DNA of 64,000 nt from contig JAZHDH010000023.1 of the NCBI GenBank assembly GCA_036584335.1, positions 17,857 through 81,856 on the forward strand, in the 5' to 3' direction. Under the pieces are notes generated by a model that saw only the letters and a list, made by a program, of their open reading frames with translations, was not told the DNA's origin and made no database searches. The stretch is from Pseudodesulfovibrio sp. (GTDB lineage: Bacteria > Desulfobacterota > Desulfovibrionia > Desulfovibrionales > Desulfovibrionaceae). Position numbers and translations under genes: made by a program. Position 1 is the stretch's first letter. Every line of letters begins with the position of its first letter. This document shows, piece after piece, positions 38,292-48,259 of this stretch.

Positions 38292-39437
38292 ATGCCCAGA
38301 CGCAAGAAACGCAGGGAAATTTTCGCGCTCGGCAACGAAGCGGTTGTCGAAGGCGCACTGTTGGCGGGATGCTCGTTCTTCGGCGGTTATCCCATCACCC
38401 CCTCGTCCGAGATCATGGAGATCATGGCCTCCCGGCTGCCCATGACCGGGAACGGGGTCTTCATCCAGCTCGAAGACGAGATCGCCAGCATGGGTGCGGT
38501 CATCGGCGCGTCGCTGGCCGGGCGCAAGGCCATGACCGCCACTTCCGGGCCAGGGTTTTCGCTGATGCAGGAGAACCTGGGGTACGCCATCATGGCCGAG
38601 GCGCCCATGGTTCTGGTCAACGTCATGCGCGGCGGGCCGTCCACCGGGCTGCCCACCAGCCCGGCCCAGGGCGACGTGCAGCAGGCCCGCTGGGGCACCC
38701 ACGGCGATCATCCAATCATCGTCCTGTCCGCCTCCGACGTGCAGGAGTGCCTGGACATGACCATCACCGCCTTCAACATGGCCGAGAAATACCGCACCCC
38801 GGTCATCCTGCTTCTGGACGAGGTCACGGCCCATACCCGCGAAAAGATCGAGATTCCCAACGACGGCGAATACGAGGTCTTTTCGCGCACGGTGCCATCC
38901 ATGCCGCCGGAGTGGTACAAGCCCTACGAGGAGACCGTGCGCGGCGTGCCGCCCATGCCTCCGCTGGGGGCCGGGTACCGCTTCCACGTCACCGGCCTGA
39001 CTCACGACCGCAACGGCTTCCCGACCCAGCGGCCCGAGGAGATAGTCGAGCTGCTGGAGCGCATCCACCGCAAGATCGATCAGTTCTTCTACGACATCCA
39101 ACTGGTGGATGAGATCGGGACCGGCGACGCGGACGTGGTCGTCATCGCCTACGGCAGCGTGGCCCGGTCGGCCGAGCTGGCCGTGCAGCAGGCGAGGGCC
39201 AACGGCGTCCGCGCCGGGTTGCTCAAGCTCAAGACGCTGTTTCCCTATCCGCGCAGGCATACCGAGAAGATCCTGGGCCACGCCCGGACCCTGGTGGTGC
39301 CGGAGATGAACATGGGGCAGATGTCGCGCGAGGTGAAGCGCGTCAACATGGGCAGGGCGTCCGTCAGGACCATCAACCGTGTGGACGGACAGATCGTCAC
39401 GCCCTCGGAAATCCTCAAGGTCATCATGCAGGGGTAG
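38292..39437 (+). CDS. 2-oxoacid:acceptor oxidoreductase alpha subunit (KorA-like)
   Basis: GNEA, GYPITPSSE, EDEIAS, TATSGPG, RGGPSTG. Confidence 0.93.
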   Translation: MPRRKKRREIFALGNEAVVEGALLAGCSFFGGYPITPSSEIMEIMASRLPMTGNGVFIQLEDEIASMGAVIGASLAGRKAMTATSGPGFSLMQENLGYAIMAEAPMVLVNVMRGGPSTGLPTSPAQGDVQQARWGTHGDHPIIVLSASDVQECLDMTITAFNMAEKYRTPVILLLDEVTAHTREKIEIPNDGEYEVFSRTVPSMPPEWYKPYEETVRGVPPMPPLGAGYRFHVTGLTHDRNGFPTQRPEEIVELLERIHRKIDQFFYDIQLVDEIGTGDADVVVIAYGSVARSAELAVQQARANGVRAGLLKLKTLFPYPRRHTEKILGHARTLVVPEMNMGQMSREVKRVNMGRASVRTINRVDGQIVTPSEILKVIMQG

Positions 39438-39441
39438 CGAT

Positions 39442-40290
39442 ATGAACGGATTTGCAGGCAACGACATCATTCATCAGTATTTGAGGCACAACAAGAAATT
39501 CCCGCACGTGCTCTGTCCCGGATGCGGCCACGGCATCGTGCTGGGCACCCTGATCCGGACCATCCACGCCCTCGAGATTCCCAAGGACGACATCGTGGTC
39601 GTGGCGGGCATCGGCTGCTCGGGCAGGCTGGCGGTGTATGTGGATTTCAACACCGTGCACACCACCCACGGCCGGGCCTTGACCTTCGCCACGGGCATCA
39701 AGATGGCCAACCCGAAGCTCAAGGTCATCGCGCTCATGGGTGACGGCGATGCGCTTTCCATCGGCGGCAACCACCTGATCCACGCCGCCAGGCGCAACAT
39801 CGGGGTCACCGCCCTGGTCCTGAACAACTCCATCTACGGCATGACCGGCGGCCAGAGCTCTCCGGCCACGCCCCAGGGCGCCACGACCATGACCAACCCC
39901 TACGGTCAGCTCGACAAGTCTTTCGACACCGTGGAACTGGCCCGGGGCGCGGGCGCCAACTTCGTGGCGCGCGGCACGGTGTTTCACGTCAACAAGCTGG
40001 AGAGGATTCTGACCGAGGCGCTGGGCCGCCCGGGCTTCAGTCTGGTGGAGGCGATAACGCCGTGCTACACCCAGTACGGCCGCAAGAACAAGTTCAAGAC
40101 CCCGGTGGACATGTACCAGTGGCTCAAGAAGGCTGCCATCGACGTGGAGCGCTACGAGGAGCTTTCCGAGGAAAAGCGGGCGGACCGGCTGCCCATAGGC
40201 GTCTTCTTCCGCCGCGACCGTGACGGCTACGAGGAGCGCTACTACCGGCTGAAGGAAGAGCTGGCCAAGAAGGGCAAGGGGGGCAAGTGA
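39442..40290 (+). CDS. 2-oxoacid:ferredoxin oxidoreductase beta subunit (KorB-like)
   Basis: CPGCG, GIGCS, TPP motif GDGD..NN, YGMTGGQ. Confidence 0.93.
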   Translation: MNGFAGNDIIHQYLRHNKKFPHVLCPGCGHGIVLGTLIRTIHALEIPKDDIVVVAGIGCSGRLAVYVDFNTVHTTHGRALTFATGIKMANPKLKVIALMGDGDALSIGGNHLIHAARRNIGVTALVLNNSIYGMTGGQSSPATPQGATTMTNPYGQLDKSFDTVELARGAGANFVARGTVFHVNKLERILTEALGRPGFSLVEAITPCYTQYGRKNKFKTPVDMYQWLKKAAIDVERYEELSEEKRADRLPIGVFFRRDRDGYEERYYRLKEELAKKGKGGK

Positions 40291-40889
40291 TGAAGCCGCA
40301 GGAACTCGAACGGTTTGAAATCCGGTTTTCCGGCCTGGGCGGCCAGGGGATCATCACCCTGGGCAAGGTCATGGGCCAGGGGCTGGCGCTGGGCCACGGC
40401 TACAACGTCACACAGACCCAGAGCTACGGCCCCGAGGCGCGAGGCGGCTCCAGTCGGTGCGACCTGGTCATCAGCACCGGCCGCATCAGCTACCCCAAGG
40501 CCGAGAGCCTGGACTTGCTGGTGGCCCTGTCGCAGGAGGCGTGCAACGCCTACTATCCGTACCTCAAGCCCGGGGGGGCGCTGGTCCTCGAATCCGATCT
40601 GGTGACCCAGCCGCCGACCAACATGTTCCTCGGCCTGCCCTTCACCCGGCTGGCCAGGGAGAAAGTGGGCGTGGTCCAGGCCATGAACACCGTGGTCCTC
40701 GGGGCGCTTTCCTTCCTGTTGCCCTTCATTCAGCAGGCGGTCATGCGCAAGAGCCTGGAATCCGCGCTGCCGCCCAAGATCCGGGCCGTGAACGTCAAGG
40801 CGTTCAACCTGGGCCACCGGTTGGCCAAGAAGGAGTGGGGCGACGACGCGGGCGCGGTCTGGCGCGAAGAGGAGACGATGGAGGATTAG
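40287..40889 (+). CDS. 2-oxoacid:acceptor oxidoreductase gamma subunit
   Basis: SGLGGQG, SYGPEARGG. Confidence 0.92.
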   Translation: MMKPQELERFEIRFSGLGGQGIITLGKVMGQGLALGHGYNVTQTQSYGPEARGGSSRCDLVISTGRISYPKAESLDLLVALSQEACNAYYPYLKPGGALVLESDLVTQPPTNMFLGLPFTRLAREKVGVVQAMNTVVLGALSFLLPFIQQAVMRKSLESALPPKIRAVNVKAFNLGHRLAKKEWGDDAGAVWREEETMED

Positions 40890-40908
40890 CCGCTGAATTT
40901 CGAAAGCG

Positions 40909-40944
40909 AAGCGGGGCGTCGGTTTTCCGGCGTCCCGCTTTTTT
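40909..40944. terminator. Terminator hairpin between convergent genes
   Basis: AAGCGGGGCGTCGG..CCGGCGTCCCGCTT followed by a T-tract. Confidence 0.65.
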
Positions 40945-41604
40945 CTAGTCGAACTTGTTCTTCACGGTCGGTTCCAGCCCCCGGTCCTGCTTGAGCTGGG
41001 GCAGGAGTTCGCGGACGTTGTCCGTGATCGGAATGGTCCAGTTGTGCCCCGAGACCACGGCCTTGTCGTCCAGGCGGGTGATCTTGGCGGTCATGAACAC
41101 GTAGTTGTCGCCGATGACATAGGACCCTGTGAGCACGGCGGAGCGGGGCGGCAGGTTCTCCAGCGATCCCTGGGGCGGGCTCTGGTAGCGTTTGGGGTCG
41201 ATGTCCCGGGGCAGGGCGAAGGCGTCCGGGCCGGGCTCGCCCTGGGTGACGACCACGCCGCGCTGCACCAGCCGGTCGGCCACCTGTTCCATGACCACCT
41301 GGCCGAAGGGCGCCTGGTCGTCCGGGTTCGTCTTGTTGGCGAACGGACGCACGTAGACCGGGGAGTGTTTGGAAAGCTCGTTCGATCCGATGTTGCGGTA
41401 GAGTACGTCGGCCGCAGCGTGGTTGATCTCGATGATCGGCACGGAGGCCTCGTCGTGGTAGGCGCGGGTGGTGGGGGCCGTGTCGAAGACGTAGTCGAAG
41501 GTGTCGCCTGCGGTCTTCTTGGTGTCCTGCCACATGCGGTTGCCGCACCCGGCGGCCAGGGCCAGGCAGGCGAGAATCGTCAGTATGCGGATCGTCTTGG
41601 TCAT
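40945..41604 (-). CDS. FlgO-family outer membrane lipoprotein
   Basis: Lipobox LAAGC; FG..EQVADRLVQRG, VLTGSY motifs. Confidence 0.7.
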   Translation of the reverse strand: MTKTIRILTILACLALAAGCGNRMWQDTKKTAGDTFDYVFDTAPTTRAYHDEASVPIIEINHAAADVLYRNIGSNELSKHSPVYVRPFANKTNPDDQAPFGQVVMEQVADRLVQRGVVVTQGEPGPDAFALPRDIDPKRYQSPPQGSLENLPPRSAVLTGSYVIGDNYVFMTAKITRLDDKAVVSGHNWTIPITDNVRELLPQLKQDRGLEPTVKNKFD

Positions 41605-41661
41605 GCGCTCATGTCCCGTGTTGGATTGCGTCCATCCCATAGCATTCCCCGCCGGGGAAGG

Positions 41662-42513
41662 CTACCTGGGCGTCTTTTCGGTCACTTGCGGGATTTCCTT
41701 TAGGATGGCCCGCACCAGCGCGGTCATGGTCTTGGCCGACGCCTCGGCCTGGGCGATGACGTCGGCCAGCGACGCCTCGGTCATGCAGTCCGGCAGGTTC
41801 TTGTTGGTCAGGCAGGAGACGCCGAGTACGCGGATGCCCATGTGGCGGGCGGCGATGGCCTCCATGCAGGTGGACATGCCGATGGCGTCGGCTCCCATGC
41901 CCCGGTACATGCGGGTCTCGGCCGGGGTCTCCATGTTTGGACCCATGACCTGCATGAACACGCCGCGCTCCAGGCGGATGGACAGATCAAGCGCCTTGCG
42001 CACGGCCAGGGCGCGCAGGCCGGGATCGTAGACCGCGCACATGTCCGGGAACCGTTCGCCCCAGGCGTCCACGTTTTCTCCGCGCAGGGGCGTGGTTCCG
42101 GTCAGGTTGATGTGGTCCTCGATGATCATGGGCGAGCCGACCTCGAAGGAGGGGTTGAGCGCGCCCGCCGCGTTGGTCAGGATCAGGGCGGCCACGCCGA
42201 GTTCGCCCAGGGCGCGGACTCCGTGGGTGACCTCTCGGGCGTCGAAGCCTTCGTAGAGATGGAACCGGCCGCTCAGGGCCAGGACCGGAACGCCTTCGAT
42301 CCATCCCTGAATCAGCCTTCCGGCATGGCTGGGCACGGTGGAAACGGGAAAGCCGGGAATCTCGGCATAAGGCAGGGCGCTCGCGTCCTCGATGGCCTCG
42401 GTCAGGCCGCCCAGTCCGGTGCCCGTGATCAACCCCACGGCGCCGACTTGAATTTTGCCTAGCTTTTCTTGTATATATGCGGCAGACTGTTGTATCTTCT
42501 CTACGTATTTCAT
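41662..42513 (-). CDS. punA: Purine-nucleoside phosphorylase (trimeric type)
   Basis: GTGLG, GRFHLYEG, TNAAG, DHIN, GPNMETPAE, GMST. Confidence 0.92.
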   Translation of the reverse strand: MKYVEKIQQSAAYIQEKLGKIQVGAVGLITGTGLGGLTEAIEDASALPYAEIPGFPVSTVPSHAGRLIQGWIEGVPVLALSGRFHLYEGFDAREVTHGVRALGELGVAALILTNAAGALNPSFEVGSPMIIEDHINLTGTTPLRGENVDAWGERFPDMCAVYDPGLRALAVRKALDLSIRLERGVFMQVMGPNMETPAETRMYRGMGADAIGMSTCMEAIAARHMGIRVLGVSCLTNKNLPDCMTEASLADVIAQAEASAKTMTALVRAILKEIPQVTEKTPR

Positions 42514-42594
42514 GGAGACTCCTTGCGCGGCCGATCCGGCGGACGGTCGCTCGTCTGAAACGGACCGTATTGAATCGAAGGACAGGCGTTTGTT

Positions 42595-43347
42595 ATGGAT
42601 ATCGTGACATTACTTGGTCTTGCCGTTGGTTTGTCGCTCATCATGGGCGCCATCTTTATCGGGGGAGCCGTCGATGTCTTCATCAACGTTCCCGGCATGA
42701 TGATCGTCCTCGGCGGGACCCTGGCCTCCATCATGGTGGCCTTCCCGTTTGAAGAGGTCATACAGGCCTTTAACGCCGCATTCAAGATGTTCGTCCAACG
42801 CAAGACCAAAGTTCGCGACGTGGTCAACATCATGGTCAAGGTGGCCGAGATCAGCCGCCGCGAGGGCCTCATCGCCCTGGAAAACGTCCAGACCGAGAAC
42901 ATGGTTCTCAAGAAATCCTGCCAGCTCATCGCCGACAACGCCGACCCCGACATCATCCGCACTACCCTGAACATCGAGATCAACTCCCTGCGCCGCCGCC
43001 ACCAGGTGGGGCAGGACGTGTTCAAGCGGCTGGCCGCCCTGGCCCCGTCCTTCGGAATGATGGGCACGCTCATCGGCCTGGTCCAGATGCTCTCCCAGCT
43101 CGACGATCCCAAATCCATCGGCCCGGCCATGGCCGTGGCCATCCTGACCACCTTTTACGGCAGCGCCATGTCCACGCTCCTGTTCATCCCCATCGCGGCC
43201 AAGCTCAAGGCCAGGACCCTGCAGGAGCAGCTGCATCTGGAGGTCATCTTCGAGGGCGCGAAGTCCATTCTGGAGAACAACAATCCGCGGCTGGTGTACG
43301 AGAAACTTTCTTCGTTCCTCGCCCCCAGCGAGCGTGAGGCCCACTGA
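42595..43347 (+). CDS. motA: Flagellar stator protein MotA/PomA
   Basis: VLGGT, RREGLIALE, APSFGMMGTLIGLVQML, TTFYG. Confidence 0.93.
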   Translation: MDIVTLLGLAVGLSLIMGAIFIGGAVDVFINVPGMMIVLGGTLASIMVAFPFEEVIQAFNAAFKMFVQRKTKVRDVVNIMVKVAEISRREGLIALENVQTENMVLKKSCQLIADNADPDIIRTTLNIEINSLRRRHQVGQDVFKRLAALAPSFGMMGTLIGLVQMLSQLDDPKSIGPAMAVAILTTFYGSAMSTLLFIPIAAKLKARTLQEQLHLEVIFEGAKSILENNNPRLVYEKLSSFLAPSEREAH

Positions 43348-44090
43348 TGAGCGAAGACGATTTTGATCTCATAAGTCCTTATCGGGAAGAGGAGGACGAC
43401 AGCAACGAGTGGCTGACCACCTTTGCCGATCTCTCCATGCTCCTGCTGGTCTTCTTTATCCTGCTCTATTCCATGTCCACCCTGGATACGGAGAAGTTCT
43501 CCGAGACCTTTTCCTCGGTGACCCAGGCGCTGCAGGGCAAGATGGACAAGGTCTCCACCAGCCGCATCACCCGCGAGGAGGCGGGGGTGCTCATCGACCA
43601 GGCCATGATGCGCCGCCAGATCATCGAATCGCAACGCAAGGTCTTCGCCGAGGTCAAGACGCTCCAGACCAAGAAGGGCGTGGAGGGGTTGGTCTCCGCC
43701 AACTTCGAGGACGGCGTGATCACCCTGCGCGTGCCCGGCGACGTCATGTTCGCTCCCGGCCAGGTCGGTCTGTCGCCCAAGGGCGTCGAGATCCTGGCCA
43801 CGCTCAAGAATTTCTTCATCCAGCACAAGGACCAGAACATCAAGGTCATCGGCTACACGGACAATACCCGGCCCGGTTCGGGCTCCCGGTTCAAGGACAA
43901 CTGGGAGATTTCCGCCTTGCGGGCGGTCAACGTGCTGCGGGAGCTGCTGGCCATGAAGATCGAGCCCACCCGGCTGACGGCGACGGGGCTGGCCTATCTC
44001 AATCCCATCTATCCGAACACCACGGACGAGTATCGGGCCAGGAACCGGCGGGTGGAATTCGTGCTGGAAAAGCGGGTCATGGGCAAATAG
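43347..44090 (+). CDS. motB: Flagellar stator protein MotB (OmpA-like domain)
   Basis: WLTTFADL..LL.FF, GYTD, NWEISA.RA, NRRVE. Confidence 0.93.
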   Translation: MSEDDFDLISPYREEEDDSNEWLTTFADLSMLLLVFFILLYSMSTLDTEKFSETFSSVTQALQGKMDKVSTSRITREEAGVLIDQAMMRRQIIESQRKVFAEVKTLQTKKGVEGLVSANFEDGVITLRVPGDVMFAPGQVGLSPKGVEILATLKNFFIQHKDQNIKVIGYTDNTRPGSGSRFKDNWEISALRAVNVLRELLAMKIEPTRLTATGLAYLNPIYPNTTDEYRARNRRVEFVLEKRVMGK

Positions 44091-44123
44091 TCCGGTGATC
44101 GGCAAAGGACAACCATCGAGGGA

Positions 44124-44510
44124 ATGTGTATGGGGTTCGACATTGACTTGCCCTCCGACGACGGGCAACTGCGTAAGGCCTTCCGCACCAGGGTTCCCGG
44201 GCTCTCCGCCCGGTTTCCCTCGCTGAAGAAGATCTACGAGGTAAAGGATCTGAGCGCCACGGGATTCGCCATCCTGGACCCGACCAAGGGGTTCAAGGAA
44301 GGGCAAAGCCTGGAAGTGGACATGCTCATCAACAAGAAGCTGTTCGTGGGCGAATGCGCGGCCCAGGTCATGCGCGTGCTCGACAATGGCATCATCGGCA
44401 TCAACTTCGTGGATCTGGGCCGCCAACAGCAGTCCCGGCTCGACAAGCTGGTGCTCGAAGTGCAGAAAAGACTGATCGAGCTGCGCAAGAAGCAGCGCGA
44501 ACAGGAATAA
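44124..44510 (+). CDS. PilZ domain protein
   Basis: RKAFR and DLSATG motifs; start may be 44130. Confidence 0.82.
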   Translation: MCMGFDIDLPSDDGQLRKAFRTRVPGLSARFPSLKKIYEVKDLSATGFAILDPTKGFKEGQSLEVDMLINKKLFVGECAAQVMRVLDNGIIGINFVDLGRQQQSRLDKLVLEVQKRLIELRKKQREQE

Positions 44511-44522
44511 CCGGAGCATCGA

Positions 44523-45941
44523 ATGGCCCAAGGCCGCCACAGGGTTCTCATCGCCAACCGCGGCGAGATCGCCATGCGGGTCATGCGGGCCTGCTGCGGA
44601 CTCGACCTGGATTTCGTGGCCGTCTGCACCGAGGCGGACCGGGAGTCCGGGCACGTCCGCCTGGCCCGCGAATTGGCCGGCGACTCGGCTGTCTACAGGA
44701 TCGTCTCCTATCTCGACGCCAACGAGTTGTTTTCCGTGGCCGACGCGGCCGGGGCCACGGCCGTGCATCCGGGCTACGGCTTCTTCGCCGAGGACTACCG
44801 TTTCGCCCGGCGCGTGGTCCGGCGCGACCGGCCCATGGAGTTCATCGGTCCGTCCTGGTGGGTCATCCGCGACCTGGGCGACAAGATCAATACCAAGCGC
44901 ATAGCCCGCAGCCTTGGCGTGCCCACGGTGCCCGGTTCGGACAGGCCGGTCTACAGCGAACTGGAGGCCGAGGGGATCGCCTCGCACCTTTTCGAGTTCC
45001 AGGCCGCCCAAGGCATCGTGGACGGCGTGGTCATGGTCAAGGCTTCGGCGGGCGGCGGCGGCATGGGCATCGAGGAGGTCGGCAGCTTCGAGCAGTTCCG
45101 TTCGGTCTTTCGCCGCATCCGCAACTATGCCAAGCGCAATTTCGGGGACGAGGGCGTACTCATCGAGCAGCGCATCTTCGATTTCAACCATCTGGAGGTC
45201 CAGGTGGTGGCCGAGCGGGGCGGCCGGAAGCAGGTCCATTTCGGCACCCGCAACTGCTCCATCCAGTCCACGGGCAAACAGAAGCGGCTGGAGGTCGCGC
45301 CCGGCTTCGTCCCCGGCTTGATCGATTACACTTTCGACGCCGCGCGCGTGCTGGAGGAGATAACCCGCCATTCCCTGTCCATGGCCGCCGAGGCGGGCTA
45401 CGACAACGTGGGCACCTGGGAATGGATCGTCACTCCCCGAGGCGAGCCGTTCCTGATGGAGGTCAACACCCGCATCCAGGTTGAGAACGGCGTTTCGGCC
45501 ATCATTTCCCGGGTGCACGGCGCGCCCGTGGACATCGTTTCCGAGCAGCTCCGCCTCGCCCTGGGCGGACGGCTGAGCTATGGCCAGGAAGACATTTCCT
45601 TTGAAGGCGTGGGCATCGAGTACCGCATCGTGGCCGAAAACACGGACAACCGCTTTACCCCCTGCGCCGGGACCATCACGAAGTTCGACTGGCAGCCCCA
45701 CGACTGGCTCACGGTGCATACCCAGGTGCCGCAGGACCATCCCTACGAGATACCCATGGAGTACGATCCCAACCTGGCCTTGGCCCTGGTCTGGGGGCGC
45801 GACCTGGACGAAGTCAAGGCGCGCGGGCTGCGCTTCCTGGACGAGTTGGTCCTGGAGGGAGAGTCCGGCGGCAGGAGCGAAGCGTTCCGCAGCAACGTGA
45901 AGTACCTGCGCGAACAGACCGGCAGGGTTCTGGAGTTCTGA
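44523..45941 (+). CDS. Biotin carboxylase (AccC-like)
   Basis: LIANRGEIA, HPGYGF, KASAGGGG.G, RNCSIQ, MEVNTRIQVE. Confidence 0.92.
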   Translation: MAQGRHRVLIANRGEIAMRVMRACCGLDLDFVAVCTEADRESGHVRLARELAGDSAVYRIVSYLDANELFSVADAAGATAVHPGYGFFAEDYRFARRVVRRDRPMEFIGPSWWVIRDLGDKINTKRIARSLGVPTVPGSDRPVYSELEAEGIASHLFEFQAAQGIVDGVVMVKASAGGGGMGIEEVGSFEQFRSVFRRIRNYAKRNFGDEGVLIEQRIFDFNHLEVQVVAERGGRKQVHFGTRNCSIQSTGKQKRLEVAPGFVPGLIDYTFDAARVLEEITRHSLSMAAEAGYDNVGTWEWIVTPRGEPFLMEVNTRIQVENGVSAIISRVHGAPVDIVSEQLRLALGGRLSYGQEDISFEGVGIEYRIVAENTDNRFTPCAGTITKFDWQPHDWLTVHTQVPQDHPYEIPMEYDPNLALALVWGRDLDEVKARGLRFLDELVLEGESGGRSEAFRSNVKYLREQTGRVLEF

Positions 45942-45942
45942 C

Positions 45943-48207
45943 ATGGACATGGAACGGCGCATCCAGGATCTCAAGGATCGGATGACCTACATCCGGGATA
46001 TTTTCGGCCCGAAACGGGACGATTCGATCCGTCTGCTGGACGCCCGCCTCGGCGAGATGCTGGAGCGCGATGCGGCTTCGCCCGGCTCGGTGTCCGGCGA
46101 GGAGTTGGCGCGGCTGGAGGATCTCTTCGCCTTTTCCGAACGCAAGCTCGACACCCTGCTTTCGCCCATGGACCGGGTGCGCATCGTCCGCCACCCGCAG
46201 CGCATCTGCCTCAAGGACATTCTGGAAAATGTCTACGACAACTATACCGAGATCGGCGGGCGGGGCGAGTTCAACATCGATCCGTCCATGCTCATCGCCC
46301 GGGCCTACTTCGCCCGGCGTGTGGGCGAGAAGGTCGTCAACCAGATGGTCATGGTCATCGGCCAGGAAAAGGGGCACGGCGAGTCGTTCCGCAACGGCGG
46401 CTCGGTAAAGCCGTGGGGCAACGCCAAGGCCCTGCATTACATGAAGGTCGCGGAAACCGAGAACATCCCGGTGCACACCTTCGTCTTCACCCCCGGGGCC
46501 TACCCGGTGGAGGATTGGCCGGGCGCGGCCCAGCAGATCGCGCGCAATCTCTATGAAATGGCGGCGCTGCGCGCGCCGGTCGTTTCGGTCTTTTCCGAAG
46601 GCGGCTCCGGCGGGGCCGAGGCCATCGGCTTGGCCGACCGGCGGATAATGCTTTCGCACGGGTACTATTCCGTCATTTCCCCGGAGGGCGCGGCAGCCAT
46701 CGAGGGCGGCCTGCGCGGCGGGGACAGGGCCACTCCCGAATTGATCGAGAAGTGCGCGACCCGGCTGTGCATCACGGCCGAGGACAACCTGCGCGGCGGC
46801 TATGTCGATCGCGTGCTCCAGGAGCCGCCGCTGGGCGCGCGACCCACCCACTACGAGTTTTTTCGCGAACTGCGCCGCGAGTTGATTCAGGCCACCAACG
46901 AGGCCGTCAGCGAGGTCAAGTCGATGAAGCTGTTCCGCGCCATGGCCGTGCGCGCCAGCCGTACCGACGAGGCCGAGTCCATATTCATGCGCTGGAACCT
47001 GTCCGCTTCGGCGCTGGGACGGCTGGTGGACCTGCGCCAGCGCAAGTACCGGGCCATGAGCCGCAACGCGCGCCTGGACGGAACCGGGCTGCTGAAGCGG
47101 GCTGCGGCCGGAGCGAGGGGGGCCGTGGACGCCGCCCATTCCTACCTGCGTTACGACCTGCTCGGGCGGCAGAAGAAACGGCTGGACGCCATGTTCGAGG
47201 AGTTGGGCGCCGAGGCCCATCTGGTGCGGCGCAAGCTGCTCATGCCGATCAAGCGGACCATGGACAGGGTGCTTTCCGTCTCCTCGCCGGAATCGGGCAA
47301 GATCGTCAGTGTCCACGATGAACTGACCCGTCTTTCCTGCCCGGAGGACGGGGCCTGCCTTTCCGGGAGCCAGTGGGCGTGGATCAGCCCGCGCAGCCAG
47401 GAGGACCGGACCGTTTCCTGCCCCAATGTGCGCACGCACCATTGCCCGGACCTGTGGGCGCCCGATCTGTTTGGCGATTTCGCCGGGGTCTGCCCCAACT
47501 GCGGCCATCATTTCCCCATGGAGTACCGCTGGTATCTGGAAAACGTCTTCGCCTACCGCGAATCCCGGGAGTTCAACCAGCAGCTTGAATCGATCAATCC
47601 GCTGAACTATGAGCAGTTCGACTTGAAACTGGACAAGGCCAAGAACGCCACCGGGCTCAAGTCCGCCTGCATCACCTTCGAGACGACCATCGAGAACGTG
47701 GAGGCCGTGGTGGCCGTGCTCTGCGGACCGTTCCGGGGGGGCAGCGTGGGCGCGGCCGAGGGCGAGAAGTTCATCCGCGCGGCCGAGCGGGCCGGGCGCA
47801 AGCGCCAGCCGTTCATCGCCTATGTCCACGGCACGGCGGGCATCCGCATCCAGGAGGGCGTCAACGGGGTCATCCAGATGCCGCGCTGCACCATCGCCGT
47901 GCGCCGCTACATCGACGCCGGCGGCCTCTACCTGGTGCTCTACGACACCAACTCCTATGCCGGGCCGGTGGCCAGCTTCCTGGGCTGCTCGCCCTACCAG
48001 TTCGCTGTGCGCTCCTCCAACATCGGCTTCGCCGGGCCGGGCGTCATCGCCGAAACCACCGGACTGCCCGTGGCCCCGGACTATCACCGCGCCTACCACG
48101 CCCTTTCGCGCGGGCACATCCACGGCATATGGGATCGCCGGGAGGCCAAGAAGAATCTCCACCAGGCCCTCTTGACCATGGGCGGGCGCAACCTTTACTA
48201 TCGTTAG
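45943..48207 (+). CDS. Fused carboxyltransferase alpha+beta (AccA-AccD-like)
   Basis: EGGSGGA, YSVISPEG (alpha part); Cys cluster CPN..CP..CPNC, GGSVG, RIQEG, GFAGPGVI (beta part). Confidence 0.9.
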   Translation: MDMERRIQDLKDRMTYIRDIFGPKRDDSIRLLDARLGEMLERDAASPGSVSGEELARLEDLFAFSERKLDTLLSPMDRVRIVRHPQRICLKDILENVYDNYTEIGGRGEFNIDPSMLIARAYFARRVGEKVVNQMVMVIGQEKGHGESFRNGGSVKPWGNAKALHYMKVAETENIPVHTFVFTPGAYPVEDWPGAAQQIARNLYEMAALRAPVVSVFSEGGSGGAEAIGLADRRIMLSHGYYSVISPEGAAAIEGGLRGGDRATPELIEKCATRLCITAEDNLRGGYVDRVLQEPPLGARPTHYEFFRELRRELIQATNEAVSEVKSMKLFRAMAVRASRTDEAESIFMRWNLSASALGRLVDLRQRKYRAMSRNARLDGTGLLKRAAAGARGAVDAAHSYLRYDLLGRQKKRLDAMFEELGAEAHLVRRKLLMPIKRTMDRVLSVSSPESGKIVSVHDELTRLSCPEDGACLSGSQWAWISPRSQEDRTVSCPNVRTHHCPDLWAPDLFGDFAGVCPNCGHHFPMEYRWYLENVFAYRESREFNQQLESINPLNYEQFDLKLDKAKNATGLKSACITFETTIENVEAVVAVLCGPFRGGSVGAAEGEKFIRAAERAGRKRQPFIAYVHGTAGIRIQEGVNGVIQMPRCTIAVRRYIDAGGLYLVLYDTNSYAGPVASFLGCSPYQFAVRSSNIGFAGPGVIAETTGLPVAPDYHRAYHALSRGHIHGIWDRREAKKNLHQALLTMGGRNLYYR

Positions 48208-48259
48208 CCCGCACGCAGACGGAACGCCTGCGCCCACATTCTGCAATCAAGGAACAAGA